Of a stretch of DNA of 64,000 nucleotides, positions 1-11,250 are shown one piece after another. This DNA is from Mytilus californianus (Eukaryota): positions 105,462,001-105,526,000 of the forward strand of contig NW_026262712.1 of NCBI RefSeq assembly GCF_021869535.1, written 5' to 3'. The notes beneath the pieces were generated by a model that had not been told where the DNA came from, did not search any database, and saw only the letters and a program-made list of their open reading frames with translations. Position numbers and translations under genes: made by a program. How positions within the stretch are numbered: position 1 is the first letter of the stretch; each line of letters starts with the position of its first letter.

Positions 1-420
1 AATAACATGTATATCGAAATGTTTTCATTTCATGTATAGAGAAGTAGATATTATAAATGATTTTAAATGAAATACGGTATATTTGAGGATGCCAGGTGAA
101 TGGAAAGCCTGTATGTAGTTTTTCTGTTTTACACTGCATTTTCTCATTCAGTTAAATGAATATGTATATATATATATATAACACAATTCATCACAACTTA
201 CATGAATTAAATATTAATAACAGTTGTAGTTGTACTTAGATTTTTCCTTCTGCTATAATTGGTATATAAAATGGATTATCATCTCTTGAGAATCACGACA
301 AGACGTAAAAATGTCGAATTCCGCGGTCAAAGAGACTGCTATTATATATAACTATGATTTTGAGATTTTTGGAACGTTTGAGTATTATATTGTTTTTTGG
401 TTTTTAAACATATCATTAAA

Positions 421-498
421 ATTGGCTGCTGGAAAAAAAGTGCTTGCTATCTTGATTGGCTGCTGGAAAAAAAGTGCTTGCTATCTTGATTGGCTGCT
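421..498. repeat. 34-bp tandem duplication (2.3 copies)
   Basis: ATTGGCTGCTGGAAAAAAAGTGCTTGCTATCTTG at 421-454 and 455-488, partial third copy 489-498. Confidence 0.9.
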
Positions 499-1063
499 AA
501 AAGTGGCTGTGAGTTGAGTATGGTTCAATATTCCGGTGGATAATGAAATCTTGCTCCAATAACGGCACCTTTTGTTATTTTCATGTCAATACTATTCATG
601 CGATACTTTATACTCATTTATAAATATTATATCTTAAACTAGGAAAAGAGGACAGGATCATGGCTACAACAAATGGTATATGCATACGCTGTCATCTGAA
701 AACACATATACTGTATGGTTATAGAAACGCAACCCCTACATTAATCATGTTAATAAAATTCATACCGACGCATTTTCATTAGAAGATGACAAATCATTCT
801 AACTTTTCGAAGACTTCTCATGATTTGCATACAGAAGCAATTTTAAGAGCTTTTCGATTTTCGTATTTTAACGTTTACAAATTTCACATTATGATTAAAA
901 TTTGTCAGTTTTAATTTTTACCCCTGTTGGACTAATCGTCAGTTTATGAAATGAAAAAAAATAACGCAAGACCAAGCTGTTACAGTAACATGTACCCGAA
1001 TGTTTGAGAAATGTATTTCAAGAGTATTTAAGTATTTTTATTTAAAAAGAACCACACAGGGGT

Positions 1064-1531
1064 TTGGAATATTTTGTTTTGCGTTGGTATAGACTCTATA
1101 TTGTTAATTTACCTTTTTTGAATGGTTATGTTCCTTTGACACCATCTTACGGTGTTTATATATCACAACTCGTTCGCTATGTCCGTGACTGTTGTGACGT
1201 TTTTGATTTTAATGATTGTAATCTATGTATTACTGGTAAGTTGTTAAGTCAAGGATTTCTTTACCACAAATAATTTAAAACCTTTACTAAATTCTTCCAT
1301 AGATATAAAGATTTGGTTTTGAAGTTTGGTTGTACCTGCAGGAAACTTATTTCAAACGGGATAGCACATCCTCATTTTTACGGAGATGTTGTTTACCGTG
1401 CCCGGAAATTTAGAAACGATCCTGGTAAACTTATTGATCCTTTAAATAAACTTATTCTAAAAGGTTACCAATTCAACACTGTAATTAGATCTTTGAATAT
1501 TGTTTTTATTGGTATTAATATTGATTTTGTT
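1064..1531 (+). mobile_element. Penelope-like (Naiad-type) RT C-terminal fragment, interrupted
   Basis: LTPSYGVYISQLVRY...GKLLSQGF...KFGCTCRKLI...KLIDPLNKL matches the same C-terminus at 24490-24852 and 51170-51400 (minus). In-frame stop present. Confidence 0.8.
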
Positions 1532-1980
1532 GTAAAATTTTTATTCTAAAAATGCATAATTAAAATTCAATTATCTTTTATTTGTTTTCTATAACGATTA
1601 GCATTTACTTTTCCTTAGTGCTGGTTCCGCATGCACGATTAGAATGATACATTTTTTCTCATTGGTTCAGTGAATTTCTTATTTTACCTGGCTTGTCCAG
1701 TTCAATTGGTCCTACTGGTAATTTCTATCAGTAAAGTTTTCCTTTCAAATCACTATATTCGTATGGTCATTATTCTAATTAGTTTTCTATGAACAGGTCA
1801 TAATTTTTATTAAGTTGACGCGTCGATCGACTTAAATTTATAATTCTTGAAATATTTTAAAGTTTTTTGTTTTTCTTAATTATTTTATTTATGTTTAATA
1901 GAGTATTTCGGTACTAGTTATTTAAACTTTGTAATGAGTTCACGCGGAGTATTTTCGGTTTAGTTAATTTTATTTTTTAG

Positions 1981-3540
1981 ATGAGTTCACGCCCGCGAAG
2001 AAATCTTCCTCGACTTAATTATAAGAAATTGAATTTTCTTGGTCGTTCAGATACTACGTTTGAAAGTATTTTTCAGAATAACGTTATGGATGAAGATTTG
2101 AACCTTTCAATCACAGCTGATGACGACTTTGATGGTCTTGATCTAGAAGAAGATCCAACGGCAGGAGCCTCGTCTTTGGTTAGGGATAAGAAGGTGGAAG
2201 ATGCTTTGGTTGTTGAGAAGACCAAGGAACGACCGACCATGTCCGAGGAAGAAAGTGACGAAGAGGATTTGGAGCTTCGTCTTCAATTGTTAAAGGAAAA
2301 GCGAGATTCCCTCAAGAAGGAGAAGCTGAAGAATGACATTCGCAAATTAGAGCAGGAGGTGGAGATACTTGCTAAAGAATCGAAGACTAAGGCAGCGAAA
2401 CCGAAGAAAAAATCAGGTGAGGTTATTAATTCTAATGTTACCATTAATGATCTGAGAAAATCAAAAAAGTTATGTTCAACTGTGAAATCTCAAATGAATG
2501 CTTTAGGGCTTGAGTTAGATAGCGAACATGATCATACTGGTAAAAAAGCTAATTCTAAGTCTCAAAAAGAAGCTGTCGAAGTTGGTACGAACAAACAAAA
2601 ATTGAAACCTAAAGAAAAGATAAAGCGGAACACGAAAACAAATGCTAAATTAAAATATAGTCCAAGTTCTGATTCTGAATTATCGAACTGCGATGCAGAT
2701 TCTGAATTTGAAAAACGTTTGAAGCGTAAATTGTGGTCAAAATTTAAAAAAAGAGGGTCTTGACTGCTCTAAATTGAAAAGCAAGAAGAAGTTATCAAAG
2801 CATAAAATCAAATCTAGGAGGAATCTGAAGATTAAATCAGATTCTGATTCTGAATTTTCGAGAAGCGATTTAGATTCTGAGTTCGACTCTTCTGATTCTT
2901 CTGACTCTTCTGATTACGGTAAATATGATCGGTGTGGTCATAGTTCCAAATCCAGCAAAAACAAATCAGGGATTGTTTTAAAATCTTCAGACAAAGTGAA
3001 AAATCCTCAGTATTTTCCTCACAATTATTTACAGTTTGAATATGTAAATAAAGATTTGAAATTCAAGCAGTTGAATTTTAAACAATTTGTAGCGGGGGAT
3101 TTGGAGATAATATCTAATTTTTGTCATGATAAATATGAAAAAGAAGGCAGGTTAAAGTTACTGCAGAAAATTTCATATTTTCTGCCATTTATCAATGGTC
3201 GGCTATTTTGGACTTTTACGCTGCTTGGTTACGTCAGATGGAAATAGGCAAAAAATGTTGGAGTGACGATCCATAAGTTTTGGAGAGTGCAATTTTGACT
3301 GGTAAAGTGCTTAGTTTTGATAAAACCGACCCAAAGTTTAACAAAACCCTTTCTTCAAAATCTACGGTTTGGTTTTGTTATAAGTATCAGAGAAACAGAT
3401 GTGAGGAAAAGACAACACCGCATAATGATACGATTAGGGGGTAGTTCGATCCGTGTTACATATTAGTGCAACATGTTTACAAAAAAGTGGTACACAACGG
3501 AACCATCCGGAATGTGCTGATTTGTGTCCACATAAACGTA
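1981..3540 (+). pseudogene. gag-like ORF of YR retrotransposon (stops/frameshifts)
   Basis: ORFs 1981-2763 and 2774-3247 are K/S/D-rich with a coiled-coil. Downstream Cys/His-rich remnant WFCYKYQRNRCE...HISATCLQK...HPEC lies upstream of RT. Confidence 0.65.
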
Positions 3541-3572
3541 AATGACTATGTAATTCCGGGAATAAAAATTCT

Positions 3573-5149
3573 ATGTTTGATGGTGATCACTGTGCAATGT
3601 GTAAAGATGTTTTACTTTTAGAAGTTGGTCACACTTCTGATCTTATAGATTTACATAATCAGCTAGTTTTTACTGATTCATACAATTTTGAGTGTTTAAA
3701 GATTTCTATTTATTCTAAGTTGAATATACGATTTTGGCGTTCTCAGTTAGAGTTTTATTTTGACAAAGCAATTTGTGAATTTTGAGAGTTTGGTTGGCCA
3801 ATTGGAATAAAATATCTAGAAAATCTTGATGTTGTAGAAAAGAAATGTAGAAATCACACTGGGGCTCGGTTGTATTCAAAAGACATAGAAAAGTATATCA
3901 AGAAAGAGAAAACGTACTGTGCGGTGTTGGCCCCATTCAAAGTTAACCCCTTTTCTGATAAGTTGGTTATATCTCCGCTTAATTCTGTTCCGAAATCTGA
4001 TTCTGCCGAAAGAAGGGTCATTATGGATCTTAGTCACCCGAAGGGTCATTCTGTGAATGACTGTATTGAAAAGAATGAATATTTGGGAGATAGAGTTGAT
4101 CTTCATTATCCTACTGTTGATAAACTAGTTGACATTATTAAGAGTAAGGGTCAAAACTGCTTAATTTTCAAGAGGGACCTTCGTCGTGCTTATAGACAAA
4201 TTCCATTAGACCCAAGGGACTATAGTTTTGTTGGTTTTTCTTGGCGTAATCACATCTTTGTTGATCGTGTTTTACCAATGGGTTTGAGATCATCAGCCTT
4301 TATTTGTCAACGTATCACGAATGCAGTGACTTTTATCGCTGGAACATTGGTGTGGATGTCATTAATTATCTTGATGATTTTGCTAGGCAGACTGTCCTAA
4401 TAAAGCTCAAGTCTCTTTTGAAAAGTTGAAGAGTGTTTTGGATCAGTGTGGATTGGAAGAATCTGCGGAAAAGGCTTGTGAACCTTGTTTAAGAATGTCT
4501 TTTCTTGGTGTGTGGTTTGATACAGAGAAAATGACTTTAGAAGTTACTCCAGATCGTTTAATTGAAATTTCAGAGTTGGTTGTAATGTGGTTGAATAAAG
4601 AAAAGGCCAGAAAGAAAGAAGTGCAGTCGTTGTTGGGGAAATTAAATTTTGTCTCTATTTGTGTTAAACCAGGTCGGATTTTCAGATTTGTTTTTCTCTT
4701 GTGACGCTTGTTTGACTGGATGTGGTGGTATGTCGGGTTCTGAGTATTTTCATTGCGAGTTCCCTGAATTCATTAGGGAACACAATTTGCATATCAATGC
4801 TTCAGAGCTCTTAACAGTGATTGTTTGTTTGAAAGTCTGGGCTATTAAAGGGAAGAAAATTTGTATTTATTGTGACAATAATGTTTCAGTGCAGGTTATA
4901 AATAAGGGACGAACTAGGAGTAGAATTTTGCAGAGTTGTTTAAGAGAGCTTGTCTTTGTCTGTGCAGTGCAGCAATGTGAAATTAAGGCAATACATTTAA
5001 GTTCAAAGGACAACCGGGTCGCAGATTTGCTTTCTAGATGGAATTTATCTCCGTCCTTTCAAGAGGAATTTAAAAACTGCTTAGAATACAGTTCTCGTGT
5101 TGAAGTTAATGCTGATCCTTCTCTTTTTAGGTTTCAGCATGACTGGTGA
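3573..5149 (+). pseudogene. DIRS-type reverse transcriptase + RNase H (frameshifted, internal deletion)
   Basis: SPLNSVPK..RRVIMDLS, KRDLRRAYRQIP, LPMGLRSS, NYLDDFA (~4364-4384), FLGVWFDT; RNase H CDAC..HINASEL..CDN..NRVADLLSR. Confidence 0.92.
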
Positions 5150-5795
5150 TTTAGATCATTTAAGAGCAGAATCAAAGAATTCCATTAAAAATGCGTATGC
5201 TATTGGGACACGGAAAAATTTGAAGATTTAGTGGAAGTCTTTTTTATTATTTTGTAATTTTTACAAGTTGGTGGCTTTGCCTTGTTCGTTGGAGACCATT
5301 TGTTTATATTGTCAATTTTTAAGTCGGTTTTTTGCTAGCACAGAATCCATTAAGAATTACGTTTATGGTGTTACAAGTTTGCATTTATTTTTAGATGTTT
5401 CGCTTCCGCATTTTGAAATCCCATTGATAAAAAATCTGGAATCTAAATTATGTCCATGTTCTGCCTACATGGCTATGTGCAAACATTTTCGAGCACCTTT
5501 AAGTTCTTCAGCCTTTTTAATGCGAGGATCCCGTAAAGGCGAAGTTAAGCCTGTACGCTATAGAGTATTTAATAATTTCTTGAAACCATGCATAAATAAT
5601 ATTGATTTAAATTCGGAACACTACTCCACATATAGTTTCAGAAGAGGTGGAGCGACGTGGGCTTTTAAATGTGGTGTTCCCTCCAATTTAATACAGTTAC
5701 AAGGAGATTGGAAAAGCTCAGCTTATAAACGTTATTTAAAATATGGGTTATCAGATAAACTTATTGTTGCTAACAGTATGTCTGCTCACTGCTGA
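5139..5795 (+). pseudogene. Tyrosine recombinase (YR), internally deleted
   Basis: ATG at 5139 overlaps the end of RNase H. C-terminal motifs YSTYSFRRGGAT and IQLQGDWKSSAYKRYL; the HxxR His reads Tyr. The central segment appears to be missing. Confidence 0.9.
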
Positions 5796-5817
5796 TCTGT
5801 TTTATGTTATTTTAGGA

Positions 5818-6370
5818 CAGAAAGCGTGGAACAGGTCGACTTAGATTACAGGGGATTCTATAGTCAAATATTTCCCAGAGTTAAAGAATTCTTCAATTCA
5901 AGCTTTTGGAAGGACTAACCTCAGAGCGACTTGTCCGTAAGCTGAGCAGATCTGATTTAAATGTACATGATTTTTGTAATGTAATTATTCATGTTGGTAC
6001 AAATGATATTTTTCATTTAACTAGTGGTAAATTTAGATCGAATGTTATTTCTATCATTAATCTCATTGCTTCTGTTAACAGCAATTGTTGCATTTTGTTG
6101 TCGTCTATTTTACCTAGACCGGTTGATTACAGATTTTCAGAGGTTATATTAGGTAGTTTTAATGCAGAATTAAGGGATTTGGCGTTAAATCACAGTGATC
6201 TTAGTATTCAAAGATGTAGAATTCAATTCATGTCTTGTAATAGAACTTTTTACGATAAGTTTGGAAGACCAAAATTTCCTTTATTTGATCAAATTGACCG
6301 GCTACATTTGAATCATGCTGGCATTAATAAAATGGTTCATTTTATTGCTAATACTTTAGCTCATTTATAG
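5818..6370 (+). pseudogene. SGNH/GDSL hydrolase ORF of the YR element (frameshifted)
   Basis: Block I GDSIVK (5851-5868), block III IIHVGTND, block V DRLHLNHAG. One stop and one frameshift near the N-terminus. Confidence 0.85.
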
Positions 6371-6805
6371 ACAGTAAGTAAGAATTTTAAGGTTCGACAG
6401 GGAGGCATATTTTCTCTGACCCCTATATATATCGGGGGAGAGTTAAGTGCTTATCCTTGACCATTTATATTGGATTTTAGCAGACGGGAGGGTTACCTAA
6501 AGCTTGTCTCCTTTCTACACTGGAGGGGTTTAAGGCAGCTGACTCCCAATTCGTTAATTTTACACGATTGTTTGGCGGACCTGCGGTTTGGCGGGTTTTT
6601 TGAAAGATAGGTTTTTGTACCTTCTGTTTGAGTAAGTAACATGTACTTTTATTGTGACTGTCATTTGTTTTTGTATTGTGTGTATAGTTTATGTTGTGTA
6701 GACCTGTTAGTTTTTGAGATGCTGATCCAAGCATAATAAATGTTTTTACATACTTTTCTTTTGTTTGAAATTTGCCAGAGAGAGTTAAAAGATTGAAGAG
6801 TAATT

Positions 6806-7475
6806 ATCAGTAAATTAAAAGCAAACTAAATATTATGACGTCTTTACACTAAATCCATTTGATGTTGGATGTGTACTGATTGATAATTTAGTCTTAGATG
6901 CATGATTTTTTTTATTCGTTATTATTGGCTTTGAACTAGCTGTTAGCAACTGCGAGTACTCTCAGATCTGTACTTGGTGTCTTTTAGTTGTTGGGATGTA
7001 CAAATACCCGGCCACGTCCACTCTGTATTTTTGTTAGATGTATTTCTATTTATACCCATCTGATGAGTTAAGCCTTTTTTAACTGATTTTTATAGTTCGT
7101 TCTTATGTTGTACTGTTACACCACTGTCCCAGGTTAGGGGAGGGTTTCGGTCCCGCTAACATGTTTTACCTCACCACATTCTGTATGTATGTGCCTGTCC
7201 TAAGTAAGGAGCCTGTAATTCAGTGGTTGTCATTTGTTGCTGTGTTACATATTTGTTTTTCGTTCATTTTTTTGTACATAAATTAGGCCGTTAGTTTTCT
7301 CGTTTGAGTTGTTTTACATTTGTCTTGTCGGGGCCTTTTATAGCTGACTATGCGGTATGGGCTTTGCTAATTGTTGAAGGCCGTACATTGACCTATAGTT
7401 GTTAATTTCTATGTCATTTGGTCTCTTGAAAAGAGTTGACTCATTGGCAATCATACCATATCTTCTTTTTTATAT
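6806..7475 (+). mobile_element. Penelope-like 3' end (last codons ISKLKAN* plus 3' terminal region, family A)
   Basis: Homologous to 24835-25550 and 50820-51190 (minus). Ends ...CATACCATATCTTCTTTTTTATATT. Confidence 0.8.
7130..7215 (+). ncRNA. Degenerate twister-like ribozyme (type P5)
   Basis: GAGGG and CCTG-TCCTAAGT-AAGG are present, but the cleavage-site UAA reads TAC and P4 has a mismatch. Confidence 0.55.
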
Positions 7476-7579
7476 TCACAGTATATTTTCTGTTACGTTC
7501 AATCAAGACAAGACGCATGCACTGTGCATTCATACTTAAATGTTGATCAATAACAAATCATAATATAATACGTGCTCAC

Positions 7580-8894
7580 CCTGCAATGGTTCCTGTCTAC
7601 ACGTGACTCCAACGTAGGAATCAAGCCATACTTTACACTCAATGTTGTCTCCCCATCCGGAACATTGACTGATCGGTCGCGTTCAAAGAACAATGCGCAT
7701 TTTCCATCCAAAATGGATTCCCATACTGATGTGGTCTACGGAAAATTGGCTTATTTTCATATGAATTTTGTGGTTCCCCTCCATGACTAAAATATAAAAT
7801 TGTCTAGGTACGTGTTTATATCTGAAAGCAGTTTAAAAAGTTTTAAACATCTATATCTGCATTTGCCATTGATTTTTTTTATATATGATACGCAAACTAC
7901 GTGATCACAATAGCTTGTTTAACAAAACTATATTAATTACAACTATATCGATATTTTTTTTCAGAATTTGTATATGCATTCCAACCTGGTTGGCGATACA
8001 ATAAAAGAAAGATAAAAAAGTAAAGATTACATACGGATATCCAAGAGACCGACATAAAACTGCAGCTTCTATAGTTGTAAATCCACTGACGCAGATAGCT
8101 CCCCATTTATGTTTGTGAAAAACTTCAATCATTCCTCCTCCATTTGTTGTGGATGTAACTAGGCGTACAGGAGTTACACTGGATGCTAAGATTGTAATAT
8201 TCATGATTATTTTAGATCAGAGTTTAAGCTAAAGTCTCATTTGTGGAAATACTGAATTTAAACAGCTATCCATGCATTATTTAGTTAAAGCTGGAATGAT
8301 CGCAATCACACATTGCCAAGTTCCCTATATATAGAAGTCCCTATTGAACAGGAATTGTTTAAATTGGACATAGTGTAGTTTGTGTTCATATGGTTGAAAG
8401 GCCTATTCATTTAGTATGGCATTAAACAATTGTTTTCTTTTAAAGAAAACTAATTCTTATTTGTAAAGTCTAATGCAACAGTTGTTTCCAAACAATTTTT
8501 TTTTTTAAATCCATTGCTACAAAATTTTCATAAAACAATCCTAGTTCTTCCCAAAAAGAACTAATGTGAACAAACCTCAGGTGAAAAAAAATGCATAAAA
8601 AAATATTGAAATGTTTTCTTCATTATATTCTAAGGATATGACTAATTAACTAGTTTGATTCTTACCATTCACGTGGACTTCGAACAGCCGTTGCAGCCTG
8701 ACATCTTCAGTAACTGTCACGCGGCACCTGTAAAGTCCAGAGTCTGTAGTCTTTGTTTGTTTGATGACAAGTTTACTAATATAGCGACCTCGGTTATAGC
8801 GATCACGTGTCCATTCTTTTTGTCGTATCAGATATTTTGCGCCTTCACTGATTAAGGTGAAGTTTTCAGTATTTGTATTGGACATCTTTTCCCA
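7580..8894 (-). pseudogene. Ig-domain + SRCR-domain gene fragment (exons 8894-8666, 8185-8035, 7735-7580) with a frameshift in the third exon
   Basis: Canonical AG/GT sites with compatible phases (0-1, 1-2, 2-1 only if +1 shift). Ig motif WEK...DSGLYRC; SRCR motifs VRLV..G.IEVFH..KWGAIC...AAVLCRSLGY, FWMENAHC, QCSGWG...VGVTC. Confidence 0.8.
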
Positions 8895-9660
8895 CTGAAA
8901 AATTAAAATGAATTCAACATTACTTGTTCAATAAAGTTCTTTAGAGTGTGTGTCGAAATTAAGTACAACAACGAAGGTAACGTCATATCATGGATTTGCA
9001 AATCCTTACTAATATCATTTACATTGTCACTGAATCCTAGATTGCTATCGTAATCTCAGGTTGCAAGACCACCTTAATGGCCTGAATGCTCTCATTTTAT
9101 CATGCTCTGTCAATTTTCAAGTATCTTGATTGTTCATTTTTTTTGGAGGGGGGAGGGGATATAAACAGCAATACTAAACGACATTGAATCATTGTCCTGG
9201 CGTTTTCAAATGACTTCATGATAATCTCAGTTTTCTCCATTTAGAATGGAATTGTCAACTTCCAGCACCGACTGATGCCAATCATGGAATAGTCGTATAT
9301 GATAGTCTGAGTTCTAAGTGTCAGAAATCAACAACAATCTATTCACCTTTAATTCTTTAATTCGCCTTTACACTCAAGTTCAATGCAGATTCCTTTTAAA
9401 GGAAATTCGTGTTACCTTTGTTCGAGTTTTCTGTGTTAATTGTAGTATATTTTATCTCTTATGGATTTGTATTACTTTTTCCTTTTCCAAATTATTTTCT
9501 TTTTTTGGAATCGGGATGAACTACGGACTATCTCAGGAAACAGTAGACGCTTCCATTTACCTTGATTACTTGTTCTTGTCAATTATTTATATATTATTTA
9601 TAAATAAATCAAATTCACTCTTTAATGTGAACTCAACAATCTATATATATATATATATAC

Positions 9661-10233
9661 AAGTCTAAATTGAAAACAACGTTCAAACCTATGAATGCGT
9701 TGGATAAAAACCGTAATTTTTATACGTGTGCATGCAAAACAAATTTCTTGGTAGAGGGGTCTAAATACAGCACAAACAACATTTTCCAAAAGACCAAATG
9801 AGTGAAAAAGTATATTTTAACAAAACGCATTTGACTAGCAGGTCGAACAACTGATGTTCTTAAACCCTGCTGACTGCCATTGGCGATTGCCAAATAAACG
9901 GATCACAAGATGTAGCAAAACAGATCTTATCATTAAATTATTACCAAACAGAAAACAATAAACTTGCGGAAAAGATGGTATACCGCAAACATGAGGTGCA
10001 AAAAATTTGTACACCATATCCGGATTTCGACAATTAATGTCTCTTCAGTGATGTTAGGAATCGAAACGGTATTTGGAAGGCCATATAATTTACCTCAATT
10101 TAGGATAGACTCTTGAATTTTGAAAGAGTCAAAATAGGATGAACGGATCATATAAACCCGAAGGCAAATATAATACAAGCCCAAACGAAAAAATATAAAC
10201 AAGTCTAAATTGAAAACAACGTTAAAACCTATG
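9661..10233 (-). mobile_element. 540-bp hammerhead-containing repeat unit with terminal direct repeat
   Basis: AAGTCTAAATTGAAAACAACGTT(C/A)AAACCTATG at 9661 and 10201; internal hammerhead at 10011-10054. Confidence 0.65.
10011..10054 (-). ncRNA. Minimal type-I hammerhead ribozyme
   Basis: ACATCA-CTGAAGA-GACA-TTAAT-TGTC-GAAA-TCCGGA-TA-TGGTGT: intact core, stems I and II pair, palindromic stem III, AUA cleavage triplet. Confidence 0.85.
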
Positions 10234-10396
10234 TTTTTGATGACGCAGGTGTCAGTACCCCACTGGCGCTTGCCCCCGTTGTAAAGGGATAGTTTCAAAA
10301 TAATATATATATATATATTTTTTATTTTGAAACTACCCCTTTACAACGGGGGCAAGCGCCAGCGGGATACTGACACCTGCGTCATCAAAAACATAG
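10229..10396. repeat. 168-bp palindrome / MITE-like foldback with (TA)n loop
   Basis: ~75-bp near-perfect inverted arms CTATGTTTTTGATGACGCAGGTGTCAGT... / ...ACTGACACCTGCGTCATCAAAAACATAG. Confidence 0.85.
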
Positions 10397-10704
10397 TATT
10401 CACAAACAGCATTATATGATTGTAATAAAAATGGTACAAGATACTTGCAAATATTTAAAAGTCTTATAAATACATTAACGCTAAAATAACATAATACATT
10501 GGTTATTTCGTAAAAGTACATTACAGTATCAAATTCATATTCATATAATATTGGAAATCTTTCTGTTGTCCATAAAAGATCCAAAAAAAATTCAACCTTG
10601 AAACCAAAAATAAAACGTTCACACACAGTTCATGATATTAAACATTTTATCAAGTAAAAAAGAACGTTCATTCATAACGTCTGTAAGATATTTTTTCCCG
10701 ATCT

Positions 10705-11250
10705 TATCTAAAAGATGGACGAAAGATACCAGAGGGACAGTAAAACTCATAGATCGAAAACAAACTGACAACGCCATGGACAAAAATAAAAAGACAAACA
10801 GACAAATAATAGTACAGATGACACAACATAGAAAACTAAAGACTAAGCAACACGAACTCCACCAAAAACTTGGGGTGATCTCAGGTGCTCCGGAAGGGTA
10901 AGCAGATCCTGCTCCACATGTGGCACCCGTCGTGTTGCTTATGTTATTACAAATCCGGTAAATAGTCTAATTCTGTAAGTCACATTCGTGAAAAGGGAAG
11001 GGTATTGTAGTTACGACATAAGGAACATATCCGATATCATCTGTGAAACGGTTATTCCATAACTATCAACCAACTCGTGATGGCGTCCGTAAAATTTACG
11101 AAGGGATGATTTCAACTTCACCATTTGGAACTCTTGGCTTAATAGCTTCCTTGTGAGCAGCAATCCCCTATCAAGGAAATCATGATAGGAAACACAAGCC
11201 CGGGAATATCGTATCAATTGGGAGATATATACTCCGTATGCAGGCGCTAA
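10705..11250 (-). mobile_element. Penelope-like (Naiad-type) RT C-terminus + 3' end (family B)
   Basis: PAYGVYISQLIRYSRAC...RKLLSQEF...LRKFYGRHHELVDSY* followed by a 3' region also found at 25625-25860, 44561-44745 and 55700-55915. Confidence 0.85.

Larger units (their letters stand above)
1532..6805 (+). mobile_element. Tyrosine-recombinase retrotransposon (DIRS/Ngaro-type), decayed
   Basis: Ordered gag-like, RT, RNase H, tyrosine recombinase and SGNH ORFs on one strand. Boundaries inferred from the interrupted Penelope-like ORF on each side. Terminal split repeats not recognised. Confidence 0.85.

Noticed and set aside
1532-1980. Split direct repeats or ITRs for the YR element
   Set aside because: No convincing match between the 5' region and 6371-6805 by eye; only AGTAAGTAA recurs in the 3' region.
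7055-7095. CTGATGAG-TTAAG..TTAAC-TGAT motif (also at 25135) as a hammerhead or SECIS
   Set aside because: No GAAA or stem III follows, so it is not a complete hammerhead. The helix between the UGA/GA pairs is only about 5-6 bp with no AA loop, too short for a SECIS.
9245-9355. Plus-strand EWNCQLPAPTDANHGIVVYD as a CCP/Sushi exon
   Set aside because: Only half a motif, no donor or partner exons, and opposite in strand to the neighbouring gene.
10632-10901. ORFs such as KRWTKDTRGTVKLIDRKQTDNAM (also 44529, 43498, 45762, 48026, 50185)
   Set aside because: Chance translations of non-coding high-copy repeat ends.
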